64,000 bases of DNA from Sphingobacteriaceae bacterium (GTDB lineage Bacteria > Bacillota > Sulfobacillia > Thermaerobacterales > RSA17): NCBI GenBank assembly GCA_035303785.1, contig DATGRI010000041.1, positions 650-64,649 on the forward strand, given 5' to 3'. The position numbers were made by a program, and so were the translations under genes. The notes beneath the pieces were generated by a model. That model was not told the DNA's origin. It saw only the letters and a list, made by a program, of their open reading frames with translations, and searched no databases. This document shows positions 18,181 through 27,511 of this stretch, one piece after another. Numbering within the stretch: position 1 is the stretch's first letter; the number at the start of each line of letters is the position of its first letter.

Positions 18181-19245
18181 CTATGCCTCGCCCTCGCCGG
18201 CCTCAACGCCTGCGCCGGCCGGCACCCCGTTGCCCGCCTGCCCCTGCCGGGTGGGCAGGTTGGCCGCCAAGCGGATCTGCTCTTCCAAAGTCTGGGCCAA
18301 GGCGGGGTTGTCCCGCAAGAACTCCCTGGCATTGTCCCGGCCCTGACCCAGGCGCTCATCCTTGAAGGAATACCAGGCGCCAGCCCGCTGCACCAAGTTG
18401 TAGGCCACGCCCAGGTCCAGCAGGTCACCTTCCCAGGAAATGCCCTGGCCGTAAAGAAGGTCGAATTCCGCCTGCCGGAAGGGCGGCGCCACCTTGTTCT
18501 TAACAACCTTGGCCCGCACCCGGATGCCCACCGTCTCCTGGCCCTGGCGAAGGGACTCCACCCGCCGCACATCCACCCGCATGGAGGAGTAGAACTTCAA
18601 GGCCCGGCCGCCGGTGGTCACCTCGGGGCTGCCGAACATGACGCCCACCTTTTCCCGGATCTGGTTGATGAAGATGAGGGAGGTACGGGACTTGGAGACG
18701 GCGCCCGTCAGCTTGCGCAGGGCCTGGGACATGAGCCGGGCCTGGAGCCCTACGTGGGCGTCGCCCATCTCCCCTTCGATCTCGGCCCGGGGCACCAGGG
18801 CCGCCACCGAGTCCACCACGATGATGTCGATGGCCCCGCTGCGCACCAGGGCCTCGGCGATTTCCAAGGCCTGCTCGCCCGTATCGGGCTGGGCCACCAG
18901 CAGGTTGTCCATGTCCACGCCCAAATTCCGGGCATAGCCTGGGTCCAGGGCGTGCTCGGCGTCGATGAAGGCGGCGATGCCGCCTTCCTTCTGGGCTTCA
19001 GCCAGGGCATGGAGGGCCACCGTCGTCTTGCCCGAGGCTTCCGGGCCGTAAATCTCCACGATGCGTCCCCGGGGGAAGCCGCCCACCCCCGTGGCGATAT
19101 CCAAAGACAGGGAGCCCGACGAGATGACCGCCAGGCCGCTGGCGGCAGCTTCGGAGCCAAGGCGCATTACGGCTCCCTTGCCGAACTGCCGCTCGATCTG
19201 CGCCAAGGCGATTTCCAATGCTTTTTCCTTTTCCGGCATTTGCAA
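18181..19245 (-). CDS. recA: recombinase RecA
   Basis: Contains [22 protein letters not shown] and the Walker [10 protein letters not shown]. The RBS is GAGGAGG. The start may be the TTG at 19245 or the ATG at 19239. Confidence 0.97.
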   Translation of the reverse strand: MQMPEKEKALEIALAQIERQFGKGAVMRLGSEAAASGLAVISSGSLSLDIATGVGGFPRGRIVEIYGPEASGKTTVALHALAEAQKEGGIAAFIDAEHALDPGYARNLGVDMDNLLVAQPDTGEQALEIAEALVRSGAIDIIVVDSVAALVPRAEIEGEMGDAHVGLQARLMSQALRKLTGAVSKSRTSLIFINQIREKVGVMFGSPEVTTGGRALKFYSSMRVDVRRVESLRQGQETVGIRVRAKVVKNKVAPPFRQAEFDLLYGQGISWEGDLLDLGVAYNLVQRAGAWYSFKDERLGQGRDNAREFLRDNPALAQTLEEQIRLAANLPTRQGQAGNGVPAGAGVEAGEGEA

Positions 19246-19301
19246 CCGCGCCTCCTCACCAGGGGCATAACCATAATTTGGAAAAACCTGCCTTTACTCT
19301 A

Positions 19302-19862
19302 TCAACTCAAGGGCCAGCGGTCAATGATTTTGTAAATAGGTCCTTGGGGCGTAAGCCGGCTGGAGTACAAGTTCACCTGGGCAGCCGGCCACCGGCCCCA
19401 GACCTGCTCGGCTGCCGCCGCAAGCCGGGTCCAGGCTTCGGGCTGGGGGCGCCGCAGCCTGGCCAGGGTCACATGGGGATGAAACCGCCGGTCCTGGAGC
19501 GACAGACCCACGGACGCACCGGCCTCGGCCACCCGCCGGGCCAGGTCCGCCAGTTCCCGGCTGCCCTGGCGGCAGCCCGCCCACAGCACCCGGGGCGCCG
19601 CGGGCGACGGGAAGGCTCCCAGGCCGGCCAGTTCCACGGTGAAGGCCGCCGCTCCCGCCAGGCTCTCTCCCAGGGCCGATCTTAGTTCAGCCAATACGGG
19701 CTGCTCCACGTCGCCGAAAAATTGCAGGGTGATATGGTAGTTGGCCGGCGCCACCCATCTTACCATAGGCAAATCCCGGCCCCAGCGGGCTCTGACTCCC
19801 GCCAAGGCCTGGGCCGCCTCAGGGGAAATGGGCAAGGCGGCGAAAGTGCGTACGGCGGTCAA
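19302..19862 (-). CDS. thpR: RNA 2',3'-cyclic phosphodiesterase / 2'-5' RNA ligase family (ThpR/LigT, 2H phosphoesterase)
   Basis: Two HxT motifs are present (HITLQF and HVTLAR). The proposed TTG start (19862 or 19865) follows GAGAGGAAG. The track start is 19922. Confidence 0.8.
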   Translation of the reverse strand: MTAVRTFAALPISPEAAQALAGVRARWGRDLPMVRWVAPANYHITLQFFGDVEQPVLAELRSALGESLAGAAAFTVELAGLGAFPSPAAPRVLWAGCRQGSRELADLARRVAEAGASVGLSLQDRRFHPHVTLARLRRPQPEAWTRLAAAAEQVWGRWPAAQVNLYSSRLTPQGPIYKIIDRWPLS

Positions 19863-19961
19863 CAAGGGCTTCCTCTCGCAAAATTTTTCGGGCCGGTCCC
19901 AGCCCCGGCAGCCGGTTCCCAAGGCCGTCCACTACGATCATATGTTCCCTCCCTTCGGCCA

Positions 19962-21428
19962 TCAAGAACCGGTTTCCTGCCGGCCGGCCTCATCAGCCTG
20001 CCCGGCGGCCTCCTCCCCAGCAAAGAGGCGCCGCTCGATATGGAAGCCCGTGCTGAAGTTGAACACCCGCAAGGTGTCGGTGGCCGTGACGTGCCAGCGC
20101 CCGGTCTCGGGGCTCCGGGTCAAATAGGCCAGGATGAGGCTATAGGGCACTTCCTGCCGGGCCTGCAGGCCCCGGACCCCGGCGGCTCCGGTGGTGCCGG
20201 GGTTGAGCCAAACCGTTTCGCCCCGCTGTCGCAGCCAGATGGTGTGGGTGTGGCCGCTGACGATGATGGGAATGCGCCCGGCAAAGGGTTCGGCCAGTTC
20301 GGGATTGTGAACCAGGAGCACATGGGGAGGCTCCTCCCCCTCTGCCAGCATGGCCTCAAGGCGCCGGATCCCTTGGGCGATTTCCTCATCGCCGGGGATG
20401 GCCGGGGAAGAAGAAGTGCTGGAAGGGTCGGCCAGGCCCATGATCCGCAGGCCGTGGACGGAAATTTCGCCGCCGGTGATCAGGTGGACGTTGCCCGCCT
20501 CGGCCAGCCGGGCCACGATGTCGGGCCCTTCGTGGTTGCCGGGCACCAGGACGTAGGGAATGCCCAGGCGGGTGATGCCCTCGATGAGGGGCGCTTCGAA
20601 CAAGGTGCCGAAATCAGTGATGTCCCCGGCGTCCAGCACCAGGTGGGGTTCGAAGGAGCGAACGATCTGGCCGATGAAGTCCACCGCTGCCGGGTTGTTG
20701 TGGATGTCGCTCACCACCAGGGCCAGCAGCTCCGCCGGCGGGCGGGCCAAGGGGTCCAGGGCGTCGATGCGCTCGAAGAGCACCACCAGGTTGCCCGCCA
20801 GAGCGGCCAGCCTCTCCCCCAGTTCATCCACCTTGAGGATGCTCTCTTCCACCAGGCCCACCATCCAGGGCGCCGCCTGGAGGACGCCGGTGTAGCGGGG
20901 CTGCTGGAAGGCGTCCAGGTCGTAGGTGGCCTCCGTCAGGAGCACCAGGCTGCCGTAGACGGCCGTGGCCGCCGCCACCGCCGCCAGGAAGGGCCGTGGC
21001 TGCCGCAGGCCCACAACAAAGGCGGCCAAGCCCCCGCCCACCACGGCCAGGACCAAGGTGCGCAGGAGAAAGTGCCGCAGGGTGCCCTGCAGCCCGGCGA
21101 TGATCTCATCCAGCTGCTCCCGGCCCAGTTCGCCGGCGACAGCCAGGTCCCGCAGCAGGTCGATGTCCACGTTATCCAGGGTGACGGTCAACTGCAGGGG
21201 GCTCCAGTGGGTCCGGGCCATCACCTGGCCCAAAGGCGGCACCACCAGGCGGGTGTACCCGTGGTCCATGATGCCCACGGATACGGTGAAGCCCAAGGCG
21301 CTGACGGTGTAGGGGAAGGGGCTGAACCAGGACACGCAGATGAGGCCGCCCACGGCCCCCACCAGGCAGGGAACGGCCCAGGAGGCCCGACGGGCGAGCC
21401 ACAGGCGGAAGCGAAGCAGGGAAGCCAC
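19962..21428 (-). CDS. membrane-anchored calcineurin-like metallophosphoesterase
   Basis: N-terminal TM helices are followed by VVSDIHNN, DAGDITDFG, VPGNHEG and SGHTH. The start is uncertain: it must lie below the cinA stop at 21466. A GAGGAGG at about 21428-21434 has GTG 21428 and CTG 21419 as candidates. Confidence 0.75.
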   Translation of the reverse strand: MASLLRFRLWLARRASWAVPCLVGAVGGLICVSWFSPFPYTVSALGFTVSVGIMDHGYTRLVVPPLGQVMARTHWSPLQLTVTLDNVDIDLLRDLAVAGELGREQLDEIIAGLQGTLRHFLLRTLVLAVVGGGLAAFVVGLRQPRPFLAAVAAATAVYGSLVLLTEATYDLDAFQQPRYTGVLQAAPWMVGLVEESILKVDELGERLAALAGNLVVLFERIDALDPLARPPAELLALVVSDIHNNPAAVDFIGQIVRSFEPHLVLDAGDITDFGTLFEAPLIEGITRLGIPYVLVPGNHEGPDIVARLAEAGNVHLITGGEISVHGLRIMGLADPSSTSSSPAIPGDEEIAQGIRRLEAMLAEGEEPPHVLLVHNPELAEPFAGRIPIIVSGHTHTIWLRQRGETVWLNPGTTGAAGVRGLQARQEVPYSLILAYLTRSPETGRWHVTATDTLRVFNFSTGFHIERRLFAGEEAAGQADEAGRQETGS

Positions 21429-21465
21429 CTCCTCGCTTCCGTAGCATGCGGCAATTGCCGGTTTT

Positions 21466-22728
21466 TCAGCCCCAGTGGGCCAGGACGTATTCCCGCAGCA
21501 GGGCCAGGGCGTTGGTGGCCGACCGCTCCTTGATGTCCTCCCGGGTGCCCCGCAGGGCCAGCCGGCGCACCAAGGGCTCGGGGCCGCCGGCCGCCGCCAG
21601 GTAGACGGTGCCCACCGGCTTGGCCGGAGTGCCGCCCCCGGGACCGGCGATGCCCGTAATGGCCACCGACACATGGGAGCCTGCCCGCCGCCGGGCCCCT
21701 TCGGCCATGGCCACCGCCGTCTCGGCGCTGACGGCGCCGTGCTCCGCCAGCACCGCCGCCGGCACCCCCAGGAGTTCTTCCTTGGCCTGGTTGCTGTAGG
21801 TGGTCAAGCCCAGGAGGAAGTAGGCGGAACTGCCGGGGACGTTGGTGATCCTGTGGCCCACCAGGCCGCCGGTGCACGATTCCGCCACGGCCAGGGTCAG
21901 GCCCCGCCGGGCCAGTTCATCCCCCACCACCGCCTCCAGCAGGTCTCCGTCGGCGCCGAAGAGGTGATGGCCCAAGCGCTGGGCCATTTCCTTCTCCACC
22001 GGGGCGAAGCGGCTCTCCGCCTCCTGAGCCGTGGCGGCCTTGGTGGCCAGGCGGATGTGGATTTCCCCCCGGCGGGCGTACAGGGCCATGGTGGGGTCCC
22101 TCTGGGCGGCCAGCAGGTCCAGAAGCCGGTCCTCCACGCTGGCTTCGGGCAGGCCTACCACCTTCAGCACCCTGCTGTGGAGACGCAGGGCCCCGCCGCC
22201 CGGCCCGTCGCCCCGGCGGGCCCGCAGCCGGGGCAGCACCTGCTCCTCGAAAATGGGGATCAATTCCCGGGGCGGGCCCGGCAGGCAGACCACCACCACA
22301 TGGCCCGCATCCAGCCACAGGCCGGGAGCCGTGCCCACAGGGTTGTCCAAAGGCTCGCCGCCCTCGGGCACCTGGGCCTGGCGCCGGTTGTTGTCGGTCA
22401 TGGCGATGCCCCGCTGGGCAAAATAATCCTCCAGGACGGAGATAAGGCGGGGGTCTTCCCGCAGGGGCCGGTTCAGGACGGCGCTGACGGCCTCCCGGGT
22501 CAAATCGTCCAAGGTGGGGCCCAGGCCCCCCGTGGTGATGACCACGTCGGCCCGCTCCACCGCCTGCTGCAAGGTGGCGGTCAAGCGGCCCATGTTGTCG
22601 CCCACGGTGGTCTGGAAGTAGACGTCGATGCCGTGGCGGGCCAGCATTTGGGAGAGATACTGGGCATTGGTGTTGAGGATTTCACCCAGGAGAAGCTCCG
22701 TACCGACGAAGACCAGTTCCGCCCGCAT
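21466..22728 (-). CDS. cinA: competence/damage-inducible protein CinA (MoCF-binding plus PncC nicotinamide-nucleotide amidase domains)
   Basis: Begins MRAELVFVGTELLLGEILNTNAQYLS and carries a C-terminal PncC-like region (ESCTGGL). The ATG at 22728 has a G-rich RBS. Confidence 0.9.
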   Translation of the reverse strand: MRAELVFVGTELLLGEILNTNAQYLSQMLARHGIDVYFQTTVGDNMGRLTATLQQAVERADVVITTGGLGPTLDDLTREAVSAVLNRPLREDPRLISVLEDYFAQRGIAMTDNNRRQAQVPEGGEPLDNPVGTAPGLWLDAGHVVVVCLPGPPRELIPIFEEQVLPRLRARRGDGPGGGALRLHSRVLKVVGLPEASVEDRLLDLLAAQRDPTMALYARRGEIHIRLATKAATAQEAESRFAPVEKEMAQRLGHHLFGADGDLLEAVVGDELARRGLTLAVAESCTGGLVGHRITNVPGSSAYFLLGLTTYSNQAKEELLGVPAAVLAEHGAVSAETAVAMAEGARRRAGSHVSVAITGIAGPGGGTPAKPVGTVYLAAAGGPEPLVRRLALRGTREDIKERSATNALALLREYVLAHWG

Positions 22729-22791
22729 GGCCGTGCCCCCATCCCCCGGCTCCGCCGTCGAGGCGGGCCGCAACGATGTCTTGGGGATGTT

Positions 22792-24315
22792 TTACCCCGG
22801 GGCGGCGGGAGCGGGCAACCCCGCCAGCACCTCCCGCAGCTGGTCGCCGGTGAGGTGCTCCTTGGCCAGCAACTCAGCGGCCAGATCGTCCAGGAAGGAG
22901 CGATACTCCTGGAGCAGGCCCATCACCTTGGCCTCCAGGCGGGACAGCAGATCCCGCTGGACGTTGAAGAGGGTCTCCTGGGGCAGCTGCTCGGGCACCA
23001 CGATGCCCAGGGGCGACATGCCGGCGGCCACCATCTGCCCCACCAGGGCCACCGCCTGGCGGAAGTCGGCCATGGCCCCCGTGCTGGGGCTGCCCAGCAC
23101 CAGCCGCTCGGCGCAGTGGCCCGCCAGGGCGATGCATACCTGGGCCTCCAACTCCTCCTGGCTGTAGAGGGCCATGTCTTCCCCCTGCTGGCGCCGCACA
23201 TAGCCCAGGGCGTCGCCCCGGGCGGTGATGGTGGCCGAGGCCACGGTGCCCGGCATGAGCAGCTCGCTGATCAAGGCGTGGCCGGCCTCGTGGACGGCGA
23301 TGCGCCGCTTTTCATTCCAAGTGGTTTGGCGGTTGGCCTTCTCGCCCAGGAGCACCTTGTCCACCGCCTCCAGGAAGTGGCCCTGCTTGATGACGGTGCT
23401 GCCTTCCCGCCAGGCCAGAATGGCCGCCTCGTTGACCAGGCTGGCCAGGTGGGCTCCCGAGAAGCCGAAGGTCTCCTCGGCGATTTGGTCCAGGTCCACG
23501 TCGTCGCCTATGGGCTTGTCCCGGCAGTGAAGATCCAGGATGTGGCGCCGCCCTTCCCGGTCGGGCAGGTTGACCCGGACAATGCGGTCGAAGCGGCCGG
23601 GGCGCAGCAGGGCTTCGTCCAGCAAGTCCGGCCGGTTGGTGGCCGCCACCACTACGATGGTGACGTCGTCATCCCAGCTGAGGCCGTCCATCTCCACCAG
23701 CAGCTGGTTCAAGGTCTGGTCGTACTCCAGGTGGCTGGCGTGGCGCCCCCGCTTGCCGCCCAGCACCTCGATCTCATCCAGGAAGATGACGGCGCACCGG
23801 TTGCCCTGGGATCGGGCCAGTTCCCGGGCCCGCTGGAAAAGATTGCGGATGCGGCGGGCGCCGACCCCGGCGTACATTTCTACGAACTCGCTGCCGCTGG
23901 CCGCCAGGAAGGAACTGCCGGTGTAAGCGGCGGCGGCCCGGGCCAGCAGGGTCTTGCCGGTGCCCGGGGGCCCGGTGAGGAGGATGCCCTTCAGGGGACG
24001 AATGCCCAGGCGCCGGGCTTCATCCAAGTCTTTCAAAAACTTGAGGGCCTCCAGCATTTCCCGCTTGGCCGTCTCCTGGCCGCCGATCTCGTCGAAGCTG
24101 AACTCAACCCCCGCGGGCGTGGCCACTCCTGTGGAAAAGGAGGCGGCCAGACCCTTTTGCTGGGCATTCAAATACAAGGCCAAGCCTACGGCCCCGGCCA
24201 CCAAAATCATGGGAAAGGCTTCCCTAACGCCGCTGGAGATGAGCATAAAAGCAAAAAAGCCCAGACCCACACCGGCTAAAATTTCAATCAACCATTTGCG
24301 TTTCAGCGCTGCCAC
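22792..24315 (-). CDS. compact FtsH-family AAA+ zinc metalloprotease paralog
   Basis: Walker A is GPPGTGKT and Walker B is VIFLDEIE. The SRH is ATNRPDLLDEALLRPGRFDR and the M41 zinc site is HEAGHAL. Two closely spaced TM helices are present with almost no external loop. The start is uncertain (GTG 24315 or ATG 24372), and either overlaps the upstream gene. Confidence 0.8.
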   Translation of the reverse strand: MAALKRKWLIEILAGVGLGFFAFMLISSGVREAFPMILVAGAVGLALYLNAQQKGLAASFSTGVATPAGVEFSFDEIGGQETAKREMLEALKFLKDLDEARRLGIRPLKGILLTGPPGTGKTLLARAAAAYTGSSFLAASGSEFVEMYAGVGARRIRNLFQRARELARSQGNRCAVIFLDEIEVLGGKRGRHASHLEYDQTLNQLLVEMDGLSWDDDVTIVVVAATNRPDLLDEALLRPGRFDRIVRVNLPDREGRRHILDLHCRDKPIGDDVDLDQIAEETFGFSGAHLASLVNEAAILAWREGSTVIKQGHFLEAVDKVLLGEKANRQTTWNEKRRIAVHEAGHALISELLMPGTVASATITARGDALGYVRRQQGEDMALYSQEELEAQVCIALAGHCAERLVLGSPSTGAMADFRQAVALVGQMVAAGMSPLGIVVPEQLPQETLFNVQRDLLSRLEAKVMGLLQEYRSFLDDLAAELLAKEHLTGDQLREVLAGLPAPAAPG

Positions 24316-24850
24316 CCCCCGTTGCTCCGGGCTGGGACCCGTTGCGGGGAATGATTTCGTACAGGTAATCATCGCCCCGGTGGAGCTGGAGGTAAATCCG
24401 ATCCGGATCCACATAAAAGCCTACATGATCCAGGCCCCGCTCGCCCCCCGCGTCCAGCAGGCTTTGGGCCGTCTCGGGGAAGGTGCCCCGGGCCATGGCT
24501 TCGGCCACGTAGTAATGGAGAGCATAGTAGTCGGCCAGCAGTTGGGGGCTGCGCCGGTCGGTCACCCGGAGGGCGACGGGCCGCCCCTGGGCCGCCGCCT
24601 CGGCCCGGCGGCTTATCTCCAGATACGCCTCCCGCAGGTTGGGCACGGGACCCAGGTTAACAACGGCCTGAAGCTCGCCGCCGGCAGATTCCACGGTCAC
24701 ATCCGCCACCTGGGGGTGGGCCGCCAGGGCGGTTGCCAAGGAGGCATCGTTGGACCGGGAGCCGCTCCAGGCGCCGAAGCCGGCCAGGAGCGCAAGGGTC
24801 ACCGCCGCTGCCGCCACCACCCGCCAAAGATGCAAACCGCGGAACATCAT
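24284..24850 (-). CDS. hypothetical signal-anchored protein
   Basis: 188-aa ORF with an AAGGATG RBS and an N-terminal hydrophobic anchor (VVAAAAVTLALLAGFGAW). I recognise no domain. Its 3' end overlaps the FtsH-paralog start. Confidence 0.5.
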   Translation of the reverse strand: MMFRGLHLWRVVAAAAVTLALLAGFGAWSGSRSNDASLATALAAHPQVADVTVESAGGELQAVVNLGPVPNLREAYLEISRRAEAAAQGRPVALRVTDRRSPQLLADYYALHYYVAEAMARGTFPETAQSLLDAGGERGLDHVGFYVDPDRIYLQLHRGDDYLYEIIPRNGSQPGATGGGSAETQMVD

Positions 24851-24986
24851 GCCGAAACATCCTTTACTTTACATAATCATCCGTGGGGCCATGCCCAGTA
24901 TAGCAAAGGACAGGAATGCCCGGGAGGGCGCTAAGGATGGCGAGATTTGGGATTGGAGCGGCAAGGGCTCCCCCCTTTTCAGCCCT

Positions 24987-26645
24987 TCAAGCCTTGGGAG
25001 CCTGGGCCGGCGCCGCATGGGCCGCCACCAGGGCGAACTGGTGGCCCCGGACCACGGGAGCCCGCAACAAGGCCCGGAAAAAGCCCCGGCCGTACCGGGC
25101 CACAAAGGGCAGGGCCGTCAGCACCCGCTCCTGTAACTGCCCCATGGGCCGCAGCCAATGCTCCAGCAGGCGCAGGTCGGCCGTCGTCTCCCGCTGCCGC
25201 CGGCGGTGATGCTGCCAGGCCTTGGCCTGGAGGTAGTCCACCTGCTTCAGGATGCGCGCCAAATTGCCCCGGCCGATCTCCGCCAGGCCGGAGCCCAAGG
25301 GGGCTAGCTCCCCCATGGCGTCGCCGTGGGCCTGGCTGATCCGGCGGCGCAGGTCGTCCATCACCCGGTCGATGCCGATGGGATCCAGGTCCGCCAGGCG
25401 TCGCTGCCCCGCCGCCGCCGGGTCCGCCCACACTTGGGGCAGGGCCATGCCCTGTCGCTCCAGGGCGGCGCTCACCTCGGGCTCCACCAAGGTCAAGTGG
25501 AGCCGGGGCACCAGCACCGGCATCTCCAAGTCGAAGAGGGGGTATACTTCCCGCATCTGGGCCAGGTAAAGCAATTCACCGGGGCCCACCACCTGGGCCA
25601 CCGTGGGCAGCAGGTAGTCCTGCACCATGGGCCGGGTCACCACGTTGGGGCTGAAATCCTGGGGCTGCTCCCGGAGGAGACGGCTCAACTCCCCCACCCC
25701 CAGGCTGAAGGTGCCTTCCCGGTCCTCCAGCCGGCCGTCCCGCCAGAACAGGGCCGTCCGGCGGCCGTCCCGGTAGTGGAATAGGAAGGCGTGGTCGGCC
25801 GTCAAGTTCAGCCCCGGCTCAAAGCCCCGCCGCTCCAGGCGCTGCCCGGCGGCGGCCAGTTCCCGGCTGACGGCCTCCCGGCGCAGGAGGGCCGTGGGGT
25901 AAATGTCCCGCACCAGCGCCCGCAGGTCCGGCTCCATGGGATCCAATATGACCAGGCCCAGGTCCGACAGCCACCGGCTCATGATGCGGGCAAACCATTC
26001 GGCCAGGGAAGCCGACTGGGCGGCGGCGCCGGCGGCATCCTGCAGCACCTCTTCATGGACCAGCCGCGGCCCCATGATGGCGGCGGCTTCCCGCAGCAGG
26101 CTGTCCACATGGCGGGGCACCGGCCGGTGCCCGATGGAGCGGCCGTCGCTGCTGCCCGGCAGCCGCAGACGGCGCAGGCGGCCCCTGGTGTCAACCATAT
26201 GGACCGCCCGCACTTCTTCAAAATCGTGATCCTCGCTGGCCACCCAGAAAACGGGCACCACCGGCCGCTGCAGAAGCTCCTGCAGGCGGCGGGCCAGGCT
26301 GATGGCCGCCACGGCCTTGAATACGGTGAACATGGGGCCCGTCAGCAGGCCTGCCTGCTGGCCCGTGACCACGGCCAAGGCGCCGGGCCGTCCCAGGGCC
26401 TCGGCAGCCGTCAGGGCCTCCGGGGCGGCGCCCAGACGCCGGTTGTACTCCACCAGGGCGGCGGCCACCTGCTCCCGGGGCGCCGACCGCCTCCCTTCCA
26501 GGGCAGCCGCCCGCCGGCTGAAGGAAGCGTCGTCCCAGGGATTATAGGTAAAAAACGAGGCTACACCATCGAAGTCTGCCATGTACTGGGCGTAGAAGGC
26601 CGGCAGCCCCTGCCCGGCGTCAGGGGCCTGGAAGGTCAGCTGCAT
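24987..26645 (-). CDS. bshC: bacillithiol biosynthesis cysteine-adding enzyme BshC
   Basis: The N-terminal pattern ...VVTGQQAGLLTGPMFTVFKAVAAISLARRL and the roughly 550-aa length are typical of BshC. The RBS is GAGAGGGGA. Confidence 0.85.
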   Translation of the reverse strand: MQLTFQAPDAGQGLPAFYAQYMADFDGVASFFTYNPWDDASFSRRAAALEGRRSAPREQVAAALVEYNRRLGAAPEALTAAEALGRPGALAVVTGQQAGLLTGPMFTVFKAVAAISLARRLQELLQRPVVPVFWVASEDHDFEEVRAVHMVDTRGRLRRLRLPGSSDGRSIGHRPVPRHVDSLLREAAAIMGPRLVHEEVLQDAAGAAAQSASLAEWFARIMSRWLSDLGLVILDPMEPDLRALVRDIYPTALLRREAVSRELAAAGQRLERRGFEPGLNLTADHAFLFHYRDGRRTALFWRDGRLEDREGTFSLGVGELSRLLREQPQDFSPNVVTRPMVQDYLLPTVAQVVGPGELLYLAQMREVYPLFDLEMPVLVPRLHLTLVEPEVSAALERQGMALPQVWADPAAAGQRRLADLDPIGIDRVMDDLRRRISQAHGDAMGELAPLGSGLAEIGRGNLARILKQVDYLQAKAWQHHRRRQRETTADLRLLEHWLRPMGQLQERVLTALPFVARYGRGFFRALLRAPVVRGHQFALVAAHAAPAQAPKA

Positions 26646-26767
26646 TATCCGTATCCCCTCTCACCTGCTAACCACTACGACAACCCCGGGGCATTCCCTC
26701 CGGTATAGGCCCGGCCCCCGGGACATAAGGATGTCCTACCCCGGGGCGGAGGGAGCGACCCGCAACC

Positions 26768-27511
26768 ATGGTAATAAGGCTGGACCGGTCGGTGCGCCGC
26801 CGTTTCACGGTGGCGGTGGTATTCCTTACGTGGCTGATCCTGGTCCGGGGCGCGGCGGAACTGTACGGCCTGACGCTGCCCGCCGCCGGCGGCCCCCAGC
26901 CCGTGCGCAGCGCCGGCACCCGGCGGCCAGCCGTAGCCTTGACCTTCAACATCACCTGGGGCGACCAGGTGCCCCCGGCCATCCTCAAGTCCCTGGCGGA
27001 GCACGGGGTGCCGGCCACCTTTTTCGTCGCCGGCCCCTGGGCGGAAGCTCATCCTGAAGTGCTGCAGGCCCTGGTGGAGGCCGGGCACGAGGTGGGCACC
27101 TCCGGCGCCCGCAATCTGGATTTAACCCAGTTTAACCCCGAAGACCTGGAAGGTGAACTCCAGGCGGCCGTAGCCGCCCTGGCCGACGCCGCCGGGGTGC
27201 GGACCCTCTATTTCCGGCCCCCCGGGGGATCCTACGACGACCGGGTTCTCCAGACGGCGGCGGAACTGGGGCTGGTCACCGTCCTGTGGGACGTGGATTC
27301 CCGGGATTGGCTCCAACCGGGACCCGAGCAGATCGCCGCCCAGGTGCTGCGCTCGGTGCAGCCTGGCAGCATTATCCTGCTTCATGCCGGCGACACCAAC
27401 ACCCAGACCGTCCGGGCCCTGCCCTCCATCATCAAGGGCCTCCGGGAGCGGGACCTGGCCATGGTCACCCTCACGGAACTGCTCCGGCCGCCGGCGGAAG
27501 AGGACCGATAA
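26768..27511 (+). CDS. polysaccharide deacetylase (NodB homology domain)
   Basis: Has an N-terminal TM segment, then ALTFNITWG, ATFFVAG, GHEVGTSG and LLHAGD. Confidence 0.85.
   Translation: MVIRLDRSVRRRFTVAVVFLTWLILVRGAAELYGLTLPAAGGPQPVRSAGTRRPAVALTFNITWGDQVPPAILKSLAEHGVPATFFVAGPWAEAHPEVLQALVEAGHEVGTSGARNLDLTQFNPEDLEGELQAAVAALADAAGVRTLYFRPPGGSYDDRVLQTAAELGLVTVLWDVDSRDWLQPGPEQIAAQVLRSVQPGSIILLHAGDTNTQTVRALPSIIKGLRERDLAMVTLTELLRPPAEEDR

Noticed and set aside
17910-18572. 220-aa minus-strand ORF overlapping the 3' part of recA and the spacer. I considered it as a possible recX.
   Set aside because: It is out of frame with recA over about 390 nt. It is Arg/Pro/Trp-rich and has no RecX-like helical repeats or RBS.
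24897-24905. Extended -10 (TGCTATACT, minus strand) upstream of the 188-aa hypothetical gene.
   Set aside because: The -10 is plausible, but there is no -35 match and no supporting evidence. It is too weak to list as a feature.
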